A stretch of DNA of 64,000 nt, taken from NCBI GenBank assembly GCA_030586555.1, contig JAURAC010000008.1, positions 26,582 to 90,581 on the forward strand, written 5' to 3'. Under the pieces are notes generated by a model. The model saw only the letters and a program-made list of their open reading frames with translations, had not been told where the DNA came from and did no database searches. Position numbers and translations under genes: made by a program. The stretch's first letter is position 1. Every line of letters begins with the position of its first letter. This document shows, piece by piece, positions 1 through 9,050 of the stretch. Source of the stretch: Candidatus Subterrananammoxibius californiae (GTDB taxonomy: Bacteria > Planctomycetota > Brocadiia > Brocadiales > Subterrananammoxibiaceae).

Positions 1-32
1 TGTAAATAGTATAAATGGTTATATATAGTAGT

Positions 33-100
33 GGTAGACAACACTGTTTATTCCACCTCAGACGGATTGAAATCAACGGACATAAAGTCCGTTGTCTATC
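33..100. repeat. GTAG-type REP doublet (GGTAGACAAC...CAACGGACATAAAGTCCGTTGTCTA)
   Basis: Inverted terminal GTAGACAAC/GTTGTCTA with internal hairpin; related copies at 7541-7599, 11294-11353, 41431-41493, 43793-43822. Confidence 0.75.
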
Positions 101-136
101 AATCTTAGGATATGTGGTAAGTTATAAATCCTTGAT

Positions 137-210
137 GCGCCCATAGCTCAATCGGAAAGAGTAACGGTCTACGAAACCGGGGGTTGGAGGTTCGATTCCT
201 CCTGGGCGCA
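137..210 (+). tRNA. tRNA-Arg (anticodon ACG)
   Basis: Acceptor GCGCCCA/TGGGCGC, D arm GCTC/GAGT, anticodon loop CTACGAA, T arm GGAGG-TTCGATT-CCTCC; CCA not encoded. Confidence 0.95.
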
Positions 211-255
211 CTTATCTCTTTTAAAAAAGAGGCAAGCCAGAAAACTTTAAGATAA

Positions 256-285
256 GGGTGGCATGGACAAACTTGTTTGTCCGTG
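256..285. repeat. Palindromic repeat GGGTGGCATGGACAAACTTGTTTGTCCGTG
   Basis: Exact 30-bp reverse-complement copy at 20795-20824 inside the porin CDS. Confidence 0.85.
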
Positions 286-309
286 CTCAGAAGTAGGGTG
301 GAAAAGACC

Positions 310-765
310 TTGCACAACCACGAATACTATATGGAGCAAGCCCTCAAGGAGGCAAAGGAGGCGCTTGAAAAGGACGAGGTGCCCGTTGGCGCAGTTATAG
401 TACATAATGGCAGTATAATTGCAAGGGCTCATAACCAGCGCGAGATGCTAAAAGACCCTACTGCGCACGCCGAAATGATTGCCATAACCCAAGCGGCTGA
501 TTATCTGCAAAACTGGCGTCTAACAGGCGCTACAATTTACGTGACCAAGGAGCCATGTGCTATGTGCGCAGGGGCGCTTGTGCAGGCGAGGGTTGATACG
601 CTTGTCTATGGCGCCCCCGATGCGAAAGGCGGCGCTTGCCAGTCTGTGGTAAATCTTGTACAGGAGCCAAGGTTTAATCACCGTTTAAAGGTAATTTCAG
701 GCGTATTGAACAATGAATGCGTAAAAATCCTGCAGGAATTTTTCTCGGATAGGTGCCGGAAATGA
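310..765 (+). CDS. tadA: tRNA adenosine(34) deaminase
   Basis: EVPVGA, HAE and EPCxxC zinc deaminase motifs; start uncertain (277 lies in a repeat; 310 TTG or 331 ATG). Confidence 0.93.
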   Translation: MHNHEYYMEQALKEAKEALEKDEVPVGAVIVHNGSIIARAHNQREMLKDPTAHAEMIAITQAADYLQNWRLTGATIYVTKEPCAMCAGALVQARVDTLVYGAPDAKGGACQSVVNLVQEPRFNHRLKVISGVLNNECVKILQEFFSDRCRK

Positions 766-860
766 GCAAATAAAGCAACGAGCAATGAGTACAGAGCAAT
801 GAGTGCAAAGCAATGAGCGATGAGTGAAAATCTTTTACTCATTGCTCATCGCTCGTTGCT
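762..860. repeat. Heptamer tandem repeats (AGCAATG)n followed by their reverse complement (CATTGCT)n
   Basis: Seen directly; related copies at 3425-3480, 8992-9040, 15330-15372. Confidence 0.75.
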
Positions 861-872
861 AATTACCTGTTT

Positions 873-908
873 GGAGAGGTGCCTGAGCGGTTGAAAGGGA
901 CGGTCTCG
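873..908 (+). pseudogene. 5' half of tRNA-Ser(CGA), broken in the anticodon loop
   Basis: 36 nt, 1 mismatch to 3493-3528, then diverges after ...GGTCTCG; upstream flank also duplicated. Confidence 0.9.
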
Positions 909-963
909 CCACCCGATTGTAGGCGCAAAAATGTTGCCATAGAAGATTTACTGAAATAAAAAT

Positions 964-1686
964 ATGAGTAATATTACTAAACAAGATATACTTGACGCCA
1001 TCCGTCGAACTGCAAAAGAGAATGGTGGGAAACCTTTAGGCATAAATAGATTTGCAAATGAAATTGGAATAAAACCTTATGATTGGAAAAAATATTGGGC
1101 TCGGTTTGGAGATGCGCAGAAAGAAGCTGGGTTTGAACCAAACACACTGACTCCAGCATACTCCGATGATTTTTTGATTAAAAAAATTATTGATCTCATA
1201 CGTAAACTGGGCAAATTTCCTACACAAGGAGAATTGAGATTAGAAAAAAGAAATGATCCTGAATTCCCTGGTAGAAGTTTCAAAGAACAAAAGAGAAAAC
1301 TTGCTTCTAAAATAATTGAATGGTGCGAAGGAAAAAGTGAATACAATGACATTATTGAATTCTGTAAACCTGTTCTTGAAGAATTTGGCGTAAAAGAAGA
1401 CTCTGACGACACTAATATACACAAAGAGGTGGGCGAGGTCTACCTTTACAAATCAGGCCACTATTATAAGATTGGTAAAACCGATGATACTGTAAGACGC
1501 GGTAAAGAGATTAGGATACAATTACCTGAAAGAACTGACTTAATTCACTCCATTAAAACTGATGACCCAAGTGGAATTGAAGCGTACTGGCATAAGCGCT
1601 TTGAAGCAAAAAGAATGCAAGGAGAGTGGTTTAATTTAAACGCTGCTGATGTAAAAGCATTTAAGCGATGGAGACGTATAGTCTGA
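964..1686 (+). CDS. GIY-YIG-like (T5orf172/Mug113) nuclease with N-terminal homing-endonuclease-associated repeats
   Basis: C-terminal GEVYL..SG.YYKIGKT..RR, IE..WH.RF..KR..GEWF. Confidence 0.75.
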   Translation: MSNITKQDILDAIRRTAKENGGKPLGINRFANEIGIKPYDWKKYWARFGDAQKEAGFEPNTLTPAYSDDFLIKKIIDLIRKLGKFPTQGELRLEKRNDPEFPGRSFKEQKRKLASKIIEWCEGKSEYNDIIEFCKPVLEEFGVKEDSDDTNIHKEVGEVYLYKSGHYYKIGKTDDTVRRGKEIRIQLPERTDLIHSIKTDDPSGIEAYWHKRFEAKRMQGEWFNLNAADVKAFKRWRRIV

Positions 1687-1845
1687 AAGTTTAGAAAAAA
1701 GAATTTGCCGCTAAAGAGGAAAATCAGTTATGATTTTCCTTGCGGGCTACCACCCGCTAAAAACTTGAAATCCTCCGTTCCATAGGCACCGCAAGAGGGG
1801 GATGGTGGATGGTTGTGTTTTATTGGTTGAATTGGTTTATTTATT

Positions 1846-1974
1846 ATGGCTCTAAAAGAGTATGTAGTTCCCTACGGCGAAGAGGCAAGGAAAAGGCATT
1901 ATCATCAGACGCAAAGAGGGTTGTTAGTAAAATTTATGGTTCAATTAGAGATTAAACATGATGGAATAAGATGA
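1846..1974 (+). pseudogene. Probable truncated toxin-like gene fragment (MALKEYVVPYGEEARKRHYH...FMVQLEIK)
   Basis: 42-codon ORF resembling the N-terminus of small TA-associated proteins; its stop overlaps the MNT start. Confidence 0.4.
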
Positions 1975-2309
1975 AACCAAACGCAAAATCCAGGAAAAAT
2001 AAAACTGATAAAATATCTGCTGAATTTGCAGAAATTCTTAGAAAAAGATTAAAGGAGCGTCTTAGAAAAACTATTTTATTCGGCTCTCATGCCCGAGGCG
2101 ATTTTACCGAAGGCTCTGATTATGATTTTTTGGTCGTTGTGGATAAAAGAGAAAAAAGGATTCAGGAGATTGTTTTAGATGCATCCGTGGAAATATTGAA
2201 TAAACATTACGCTTTAATAGGATGTATAGTTTGCGATGAAGAAGAATGGGAAAGGAAAAAAAGATTCCCAATAGGATTGAATATATTAAAAGAGGGAATA
2301 GAATTGTGA
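1971..2309 (+). CDS. Minimal nucleotidyltransferase (MNT) antitoxin
   Basis: LFGSHARGD...SDYD motif (GS..DxD); coupled to HEPN gene. Confidence 0.88.
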   Translation: MKPNAKSRKNKTDKISAEFAEILRKRLKERLRKTILFGSHARGDFTEGSDYDFLVVVDKREKRIQEIVLDASVEILNKHYALIGCIVCDEEEWERKKRFPIGLNILKEGIEL

Positions 2310-2728
2310 AGCCTGGCGAGATTGATGTTATAAAGATGACGCTTTTAAAGGCTCGTGAAAAACTGAAAACCGCCCAAATAGATTTTGATAACCAAAGATA
2401 CGACGACTCTGTTTCCCGTGCATATTATGCAGTTTTTCACTCTATTTCTGCTGTGCTGCTCTCAAAGGGATTACATTTTTCATCACATGGTCAGACCGTA
2501 GGCGCCTTTACAAGAGAGTTTATCAAAACAAAAGAGTTCCCTGCTTTATTTGCAAAAGTGATAGAGAAATTGTTTAATGAGCGACAAACAAGCGATTATG
2601 ATGTTGAAACTCAGATTGATGCCGATGTTGCTCAAGAAGATTTGGAGCATGCGGAAAACATATTAAGTGCTTGCGAAGAATATTTAGCAAAAATATATAA
2701 AGTCAAAAACACCTATTGGAAAGAGTAA
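2306..2728 (+). CDS. HEPN domain protein (MNT-HEPN pair)
   Basis: SRAYYAVFH and ER..SDYD motifs; GTG start overlaps MNT stop. Confidence 0.85.
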   Translation: MKPGEIDVIKMTLLKAREKLKTAQIDFDNQRYDDSVSRAYYAVFHSISAVLLSKGLHFSSHGQTVGAFTREFIKTKEFPALFAKVIEKLFNERQTSDYDVETQIDADVAQEDLEHAENILSACEEYLAKIYKVKNTYWKE

Positions 2729-2818
2729 CATGGGAAATTATTTTAATTCCTCGAAAAGAAAGGCGAGTATGTAAAGTATTTTGGATTGCTGCTTTTGGAG
2801 TAAAGGAAAGGCTCTTTA

Positions 2819-3106
2819 TTGGCTATAATCCATACAATCAGGGAAAGAGTGGCAAGACAAGAATATGAGTTTACAATTCCACACTTTTTCGAAGAAATGG
2901 CGAATGATAACCTTACTTTTGCAGATATTAAAATGGCTATTGCCAATGGACGGATAAGACGTAAGTTTACCCGAGACCGCAGAGGAACACGTTATGAGGT
3001 TGTTGGTCCTGCAACTGACGGAAGGGAAATTACGATTATTTGCAGGGTTAAGAGTACTGGAAAACTATTATTAATTACAACTTACGCCCTGGAGGAAATA
3101 AGATGA
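2819..3106 (+). CDS. DUF4258-family putative toxin
   Basis: Y.FT.H..EEM..D.L...DI..AI.NG pattern; paired with YgiT-type Zn finger. Confidence 0.75.
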   Translation: MAIIHTIRERVARQEYEFTIPHFFEEMANDNLTFADIKMAIANGRIRRKFTRDRRGTRYEVVGPATDGREITIICRVKSTGKLLLITTYALEEIR

Positions 3107-3438
3107 AAACAAAAAAAACGAGAACTTGTCCTGAACTTGCTTCAGGATATGATTATGGAGAATGCGAGATTTGCAATACCCCTATGCAAGAGAAGCGTAT
3201 CAAACAAGATTTCTGGATTCGAGGGGAACTTATCGTTGTAGAGGATGTACCTGCGGGGGTATGTCCACAATGTGGTGAAAAGGTAGTTAAGGCTGATGTA
3301 GGACGACGTATTACAAAGTTAATAGAAAATTCTGAACGGATTGCAAAAGCGCCAAAAATTTCCGTTCCCACAATTAAGTTTGTGGCGACGGCTTCCAAAA
3401 CAAGTTCCTCGAAAAGAAGGGCGAAAATGAGCAAGTAA
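3103..3438 (+). CDS. YgiT/MqsA-type zinc-finger antitoxin-like protein
   Basis: CEIC ... VPAGVCPQCGE; N-terminus contains palindrome 3130-3146. Confidence 0.8.
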   Translation: MKTKKTRTCPELASGYDYGECEICNTPMQEKRIKQDFWIRGELIVVEDVPAGVCPQCGEKVVKADVGRRITKLIENSERIAKAPKISVPTIKFVATASKTSSSKRRAKMSK

Positions 3439-3492
3439 AGCAATGCGTTACTCATTGCTCATGGCTCGTCGCTCGTTGCTAATTATCTGTTT

Positions 3493-3582
3493 GGAGAGGT
3501 GCCTGAGTGGTTGAAAGGGACGGTCTCGAAAACCGTTGTCCGCCTTTAGTGTGGACCGTGGGTTCGAATCCCACCCTCTCCG
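3493..3582 (+). tRNA. tRNA-Ser (anticodon CGA)
   Basis: Acceptor GGAGAGG/CCTCTCC, anticodon stem ACGGT/ACCGT with loop CTCGAAA, long variable arm, GGTTCGAATCC. Confidence 0.95.
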
Positions 3583-3602
3583 CTCGTTTTTAAACAAGCA
3601 AT

Positions 3603-4940
3603 ATGCGCAAAGCCATTGAGAATTTTTTCGACTTGAAAACGCTTAATAGCAATATCCGCACAGAGGTAATTGCAGGCGTTACAACTTTTATGACAATGGC
3701 TTACATTATTTTCGTAAATCCTGCAATGATTTCACAAACCGGGATTGACATCGGGGCGGCGACGATGGCAACGTGTATCGCAGCGGCGATTGCCACGATT
3801 ATGATGGGTTTTTACGCCAATTACCCTATTGCCCTCGCCCCTGGAATGGGAGAAAATGCTTTCTTTACTTACACGGTGTGCCTTACCATGGGTATATCCT
3901 GGCAGGTTGCCTTAGGATGCGTTTTTATCGAAGGCATTATCTTTATTATCCTGACTTTAACCAAAATCAGGCAACAGCTTATGGATGCTATACCGGGTTC
4001 CATAAGATACGCAACCGCCTGTGGGATTGGTGTGCTAATTGCCTTCGTAGGACTTATTGACGCTGGTGTAGTTGTGGGACACCCTGCAACCCTGGTTACC
4101 CTGGGTGATTTAATTAGCGCTCCTACACTTCTTGCGATATTCGGACTGGTTGTAACAGGTGTACTTTTAATTAAGAATATCAAAGGGGCAATTCTTTGGG
4201 GAATATTGATAACAGCGGCGGCAGGTGTTCCGTTGGGTATTGTTAAGTATCAAGGCATAATTTCACTGCCCCCTTCGATGATGCCTACATTTCTTCAGAT
4301 GGATATCCTGGGAGCGCTGAAGTTAGGATTGATTTCTATAATTTTTATATTTTTATTTATGGATATATTTGATACCGTTGGAACTTTGGCTGGAGTAGGG
4401 GAATTAGGTGGATTCATGAGGAATGGTAAATTGCCGCGTGCAGGGAGAGCAATGCTTACCGATGCCGTGGGAACCTGTGTAGGGGCAGGCTGTGGTACTC
4501 CTACAGTAACCAGTTACATTGAGAGTGCCGCTGGTATTGCCTCAGGTGGTCGTTCTGGCTTGGCAAGTGTCGCAACGGGATTATTATTTTTAATAGCCTT
4601 ATTCTTTTTCCCTTTGATTGAGATGATTGGTGGCGGGTATCAAACAGAAAAAGGATTTCTTTTACATCCAGTTACTGCGCCAGCGCTAATTATTGTGGGA
4701 AGTATGATGTTGCACTCTGTAACTAAGATTGACTGGGAGGATTATTCTGCATCCATCCCGGCATTTTTGGTAATTATCATAATACCGCTTACCTTCAGTA
4801 TAGCCACTGGAATTGCCTTTGGTTTTATAAGTTATGCAGCATTAAAATTATTTACAGGCAGGGGAAGAGAAGTATCCTGGCTGGTGTATGTATTAGCAGT
4901 ACTGTTTATCTTAAGATTTGTTTATTTAAAGGTAGTTTGA
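3603..4940 (+). CDS. NCS2/AzgA-family purine (adenine/guanine/hypoxanthine) permease
   Basis: EVIAGVTTFMTMAYIIFVNP, APGMGENAFF, YIESAAGI..GGRSG; many TM helices. Confidence 0.9.
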   Translation: MRKAIENFFDLKTLNSNIRTEVIAGVTTFMTMAYIIFVNPAMISQTGIDIGAATMATCIAAAIATIMMGFYANYPIALAPGMGENAFFTYTVCLTMGISWQVALGCVFIEGIIFIILTLTKIRQQLMDAIPGSIRYATACGIGVLIAFVGLIDAGVVVGHPATLVTLGDLISAPTLLAIFGLVVTGVLLIKNIKGAILWGILITAAAGVPLGIVKYQGIISLPPSMMPTFLQMDILGALKLGLISIIFIFLFMDIFDTVGTLAGVGELGGFMRNGKLPRAGRAMLTDAVGTCVGAGCGTPTVTSYIESAAGIASGGRSGLASVATGLLFLIALFFFPLIEMIGGGYQTEKGFLLHPVTAPALIIVGSMMLHSVTKIDWEDYSASIPAFLVIIIIPLTFSIATGIAFGFISYAALKLFTGRGREVSWLVYVLAVLFILRFVYLKVV

Positions 4941-5049
4941 GTTAAAAGGAAGCCACAAAAAAGGTTTAGAAAAACTTGAAATCGTCCAATCCGAAAAGTA
5001 AACCCACAAAAGGTCAAATGTAATTTTAAATAAGAAAAGGGGTGAAAAT

Positions 5050-5415
5050 ATGGCAAGAATGGAGAAAAAAAGTCTAAGGTCGCCAGATGAAATACGTTCC
5101 TTCCCCAAGGGGAAGCTCGAGTTAGTTATGCTCGGAGGCGTTACGTTCGGCAGAGCCACCCTTGAGCCGGGATGGAAGTGGTCAAAATCCATTAAGCCGA
5201 TAGCGAATACCAAAAGTTGCGAGGCTCCGCATACCCAATATCATGTTTCGGGACGGTTGAGGGTTCGAATGGATGACGGCACAGAGGAGGAGTTCGGTCC
5301 AGGAGACGTATCAGTACTTCCTCCTGGACACGATGCCTGGGTTGTTGGGAACGAGCCTGTGGTGCTAATTGATGTTACAGGCATGACCCATTTCGCCGAG
5401 CAAGCTAAAAAATAG
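5050..5415 (+). CDS. Cupin domain protein
   Basis: EPGWKWS..C..PH..Y.VSG and LPPGHDAWVVG cupin motifs. Confidence 0.8.
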   Translation: MARMEKKSLRSPDEIRSFPKGKLELVMLGGVTFGRATLEPGWKWSKSIKPIANTKSCEAPHTQYHVSGRLRVRMDDGTEEEFGPGDVSVLPPGHDAWVVGNEPVVLIDVTGMTHFAEQAKK

Positions 5416-5526
5416 CAATGCCTTAAAAAAATTGGTCTTCAGGGTTTTGTGTGAGTAACCTATCATCATATCAGGGTAAGCTAAGGTTCAGCTTTTTGCT
5501 ACCCTGTCAATAATATAGAAAGGAAG

Positions 5527-7524
5527 TTGCTTACGAAGTATTCACTAACTTTTCGTGTGCTTGAGATTATTGCTCTAACAGTTTTTAGTTTCGGCGTACT
5601 TGCAAATCTCTGGTTCTGGTTAAAGGGAAGTTTGAGTAGAACAAGCGGCGGAAGTATTCTCGTAAATGCCTCTTATTTAGTAAAAACGGTTTTCAGAGCA
5701 TTTGCACGATATACTTTTTTTAGCCTTGCCGCTCCAGAGATATTCTTTCAACGCAAGCTTACAAAGGAAGATATATCCCGCTGGATAATGCACTTTAGCA
5801 TGTTCCTGGGATTCTGCATCCTTTTCTTTATAGGAAGCCTCGGTAATTATCTTGCTGACCTTGGGCTTGTTTCCCTCAGAAAGGATACCCCATGGTTTGC
5901 TTTTATTAATGACCTTGCAGGCTTACTCCTCCTCTTTGGCATACTCATTCTTATTCTGCGCCGATTTATAGTTAAATTTTCATTCCTTAAGACGTTTCTT
6001 GATGATAAGGTAATCGTCGTTACGCTGTTGGTCTCCCTGACGAGTGGATATTTTGTTGAGGGCTTCCGTTTGCTTGCAGAAGGCGTTGTTCTTGGCACTA
6101 ATGCCTCATTTGTTGGAGTTCAATTAGCCCGTATATTTTCTCCGTTTCACCTTGATTGGCAAATCATCCATAAATCTTTCTGGTGGTTTCATACAGGTGT
6201 CTCACTGGGCATAGTTGCTTATATCCCATACTCGAAATTATTCCATATATTCGCCACACCGCTGACTATATTAATTAATACTTCCCTTGAAGAACTTCAA
6301 CATACGGGCATTCCGCCAGCCGATAAAAGATTTCCCAATCTCACGGTAAAACAACTCATCGAACTTTCTGCATGTATGCGTTGCGGCGAATGCCTGCGGG
6401 TATGCGAGACCTACAAAAAGCGCTCCGTTGACCCGGTTGCACCAGCATTAAAACTCAAGGATTTTAGGGCATATCTTCTTACTCAATACCTCTCCGGCTG
6501 GATTGCAAAGATACTTGGCGGAAAGACATTTGATGAAACAGCCTTTAGAACCTTTTCTGAGGGCACGTATCGCTGTACAACGTGTGGCCACTGCACGGTT
6601 GTTTGCCCTGCGAAGATTGACCTTGTAAACCTGTGGCAATCCATAAGAGAGGAACTTGCCGATAAAAAGGTCTATCCCAGCGGTTTTGAGCAGATGCGGG
6701 AGGCTATAGCCACAGAACATAATGTGGTAAATTACCCAAATGTCGAACGTTCTATGTGGGTAGATTTCATGGATAACCCACCTGAGGATGGGTTTATAAA
6801 GCCAAAGGCTGAGGTAATATATTATGTTGGATGTATGTCATCTTTTTCGCCTGCCATTCAGGCTATTCCCCAGACGTACTGCAAGCTTTTATTAAAGGCG
6901 GGCATTGATTTTACAATCATGGGGAGCGAGGAGTGGTGCTGTGGATTCCCGCTTATAGTGGCAGGTATGAAATCACAAATGGCTGTGCTCAAGGAACACA
7001 ATATAAAAAAGGTTAAGGAAATTGGGGCGGATACAATAGTATTTAATTGCCCATCCTGCCATCTTACCTGGCAAAAGGAGTATGCACCTGAACTTAAAGG
7101 CGTAAGGCTTATGCACTCTACCGTGTATCTTGAAGAACTCCTGCGAGAGAAGAAACTACAACCAAAACACACGCCACTTATTGTTACATACCATGACCCT
7201 TGCGATTTGGGACGAAATTATGGTATATATGACGCTCCCAGAAATGTTATAAAGAGCGTTCCCGGCGTTGAACTCCGAGAAATAAAATGCACAAGGGAAA
7301 AGGCGGTCTGCTGTGGCGGGGGCGGAGACCTCCAGATAACCGATGACCCATTGGCTAATGAAATTGCTGTATCATCGTACACCAAATTATCTGAAACAGG
7401 TGCAGACGCAATAATAACCGCATGCCCCCAGTGCAATCGCATGTTCAGCAGCGCAAAAACACAGGTGAAGGGTAAAGCAGAAGTACTCGACATCTTGCAA
7501 TTCATACTTAAAGCAGTTATGTAA
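5527..7524 (+). CDS. Membrane heterodisulfide-reductase-like fusion: NarI/DsrM-like cytochrome b + 2x[4Fe-4S] + 2 CCG domains (HdrE-HdrD/DsrMK-like)
   Basis: TM region with candidate heme His (RWIMH, WWFH, SKLFH); CMRCGEC..C and CTTCGHC..CP; YVGC..CCG..CPSC and HDPC..CCG..CPQC. Confidence 0.85.
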   Translation: MLTKYSLTFRVLEIIALTVFSFGVLANLWFWLKGSLSRTSGGSILVNASYLVKTVFRAFARYTFFSLAAPEIFFQRKLTKEDISRWIMHFSMFLGFCILFFIGSLGNYLADLGLVSLRKDTPWFAFINDLAGLLLLFGILILILRRFIVKFSFLKTFLDDKVIVVTLLVSLTSGYFVEGFRLLAEGVVLGTNASFVGVQLARIFSPFHLDWQIIHKSFWWFHTGVSLGIVAYIPYSKLFHIFATPLTILINTSLEELQHTGIPPADKRFPNLTVKQLIELSACMRCGECLRVCETYKKRSVDPVAPALKLKDFRAYLLTQYLSGWIAKILGGKTFDETAFRTFSEGTYRCTTCGHCTVVCPAKIDLVNLWQSIREELADKKVYPSGFEQMREAIATEHNVVNYPNVERSMWVDFMDNPPEDGFIKPKAEVIYYVGCMSSFSPAIQAIPQTYCKLLLKAGIDFTIMGSEEWCCGFPLIVAGMKSQMAVLKEHNIKKVKEIGADTIVFNCPSCHLTWQKEYAPELKGVRLMHSTVYLEELLREKKLQPKHTPLIVTYHDPCDLGRNYGIYDAPRNVIKSVPGVELREIKCTREKAVCCGGGGDLQITDDPLANEIAVSSYTKLSETGADAIITACPQCNRMFSSAKTQVKGKAEVLDILQFILKAVM

Positions 7525-7622
7525 AATGCAATTCCTTTTTGGTAGATAACGATGTTTATCATCGTTGGTTTTCAACGGACATAAAGTCCGTTGAAAACCT
7601 TATAATAATCGTGGGAGAGAAA

Positions 7623-8072
7623 ATGGCTAAACACGAAGAAATCTTTTTGCCCGATGACCTGTATTATGACCGCAAAGACCATCTGTGGGCAAAATTAGAA
7701 GGCGGGAAAGTGCGAGTGGGACTCGATATGTTTGGACAGAAGGCGGCGGGAACTGCCGCTTATATAAAGATACTGCCTGTTGGAAAAACCGTTCAAAAAA
7801 CACGAGCCTTTGGCTCGCTTGAGGCTGGGAAATACATAGGTCCCCTAAAAGCCCCTGTTACAGGCAAAATTGTAGAGATAAACAACGAGGTAATTGCAAA
7901 CCCGCGATTGGTAAATACCGACCCTTATGGCAAAGGATGGTTTGTAATAATAGAGTCTGCTAATTTTGATAATGACATACACGACCTCGTTCATGGCGCC
8001 GAGAACATACAGGCATGGCTTGATGCCGAATACAAGGACTACATGGAAAAGGGACTCTTTGCAGAAGAGTAG
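7623..8072 (+). CDS. Stand-alone lipoyl carrier (GcvH/LbpA-like)
   Basis: DLYY..HLW, VRVG, lipoyl-Lys motif SLEAGKYIG, PVTG.I.E.N, N.DPYG.GW; ATG 7623 has RBS GGGAG; upstream 7539 start is in a repeat. Confidence 0.88.
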   Translation: MAKHEEIFLPDDLYYDRKDHLWAKLEGGKVRVGLDMFGQKAAGTAAYIKILPVGKTVQKTRAFGSLEAGKYIGPLKAPVTGKIVEINNEVIANPRLVNTDPYGKGWFVIIESANFDNDIHDLVHGAENIQAWLDAEYKDYMEKGLFAEE

Positions 8073-8101
8073 GGGCAGGTCTTGTACCTGCCCTACGAAA
8101 C

Positions 8102-9013
8102 ATGAGAAAGATTAATTTCTATGCGCCGGGTCTAAAACGATATGAGACCTCGGAGCTTTCCCAAAAGAATGCGCATTCGTTTATGCCTGTAAGCATTACA
8201 GGCTCTGATTGTACCCTTAATTGCGACCATTGCAATGGTGAGCTTCTCAAATTCATGAGACCAGCAAAAACGCCTGAAAGACTCTTGCAAATCTGCCAGA
8301 CGCTTGCAAAAAATGGTACTAAAGGCATTCTCATTTCAGGCGGTTGTGATTCTGCTGGTAGGGTTCCTTTAAGAGAATTTTTCGATTCGATGCGTATGGT
8401 AAAACAAACTCTGGGACTGAACGTCATCGTTCATACTGGTCTTGTGGATAGAGAAATGGCTAAGGGTCTTAAGCATGCGGATATTGATGGCGCACTAATT
8501 GACATTATAGGAAGCGATAGGACAATTAAGGATGTTTACCATCTTGATGCAACCACGCTTGATTATGAGCAATCCCTTGCAAATCTTAATGCCTGTGAAA
8601 TACCTGTGGTACCCCACATCGTGATTGGTCTTCATTATGGTAAAATAATCGGGGAAGAAAACGCCCTCGCAATAATTTCAAGGTTTAAGATTAAAACCCT
8701 CGTCCTTGTCATCCTGACACCATTACTAAATACAAAAATGGAGAATGTAATACCACCCCCTCCTGAAGAGGTAAAAGATTTCTTCCGTAAGGCTCGCAAC
8801 ATGCTTCCCGATGTTCAGATTATCCTCGGCTGTGCACGTCCGATGGGGGAATATAAGGAGCAAGTGGATAAACTTGCAATAGATACTGCTCTTAATGGCA
8901 TAGCATTCCCAGCGGAAGGAATCGTCTCTTATGCAAGGGATAACGGTCTTAAACCCATTTTTATGGAAAGCTGTTGCGGGTTTGCTCCTTCAGCAATGAG
9001 CAACGAGCAATGA
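8102..9013 (+). CDS. lipS1: Radical SAM lipoyl synthase subunit LipS1
   Basis: CTLNCDHC; C-terminal GCAR and CC motifs characteristic of LipS1; lipoate gene context. Confidence 0.8.
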   Translation: MRKINFYAPGLKRYETSELSQKNAHSFMPVSITGSDCTLNCDHCNGELLKFMRPAKTPERLLQICQTLAKNGTKGILISGGCDSAGRVPLREFFDSMRMVKQTLGLNVIVHTGLVDREMAKGLKHADIDGALIDIIGSDRTIKDVYHLDATTLDYEQSLANLNACEIPVVPHIVIGLHYGKIIGEENALAIISRFKIKTLVLVILTPLLNTKMENVIPPPPEEVKDFFRKARNMLPDVQIILGCARPMGEYKEQVDKLAIDTALNGIAFPAEGIVSYARDNGLKPIFMESCCGFAPSAMSNEQ

Positions 9014-9050
9014 GGAACTCGTTGCTCAGCACTCATTGCTTTGTTAGACG

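Noticed and set aside
873..1815. Group I intron with homing endonuclease in the tRNA-Ser anticodon loop
   Set aside because: No isolated 3' exon follows; the downstream tRNA is complete with its own 5' half, and no ribozyme core was recognisable
7539..7622. N-terminal extensions in the ORF track (lipoyl carrier; likewise pstA 24187, coaD 52753, nadK 58290)
   Set aside because: The extensions run through intergenic repeats or the upstream gene; downstream ATGs match family N-termini
7623..8072. Glycine cleavage system
   Set aside because: Only an H-like protein is present, with an LbpA-like EAGK motif; no gcvP or gcvT nearby
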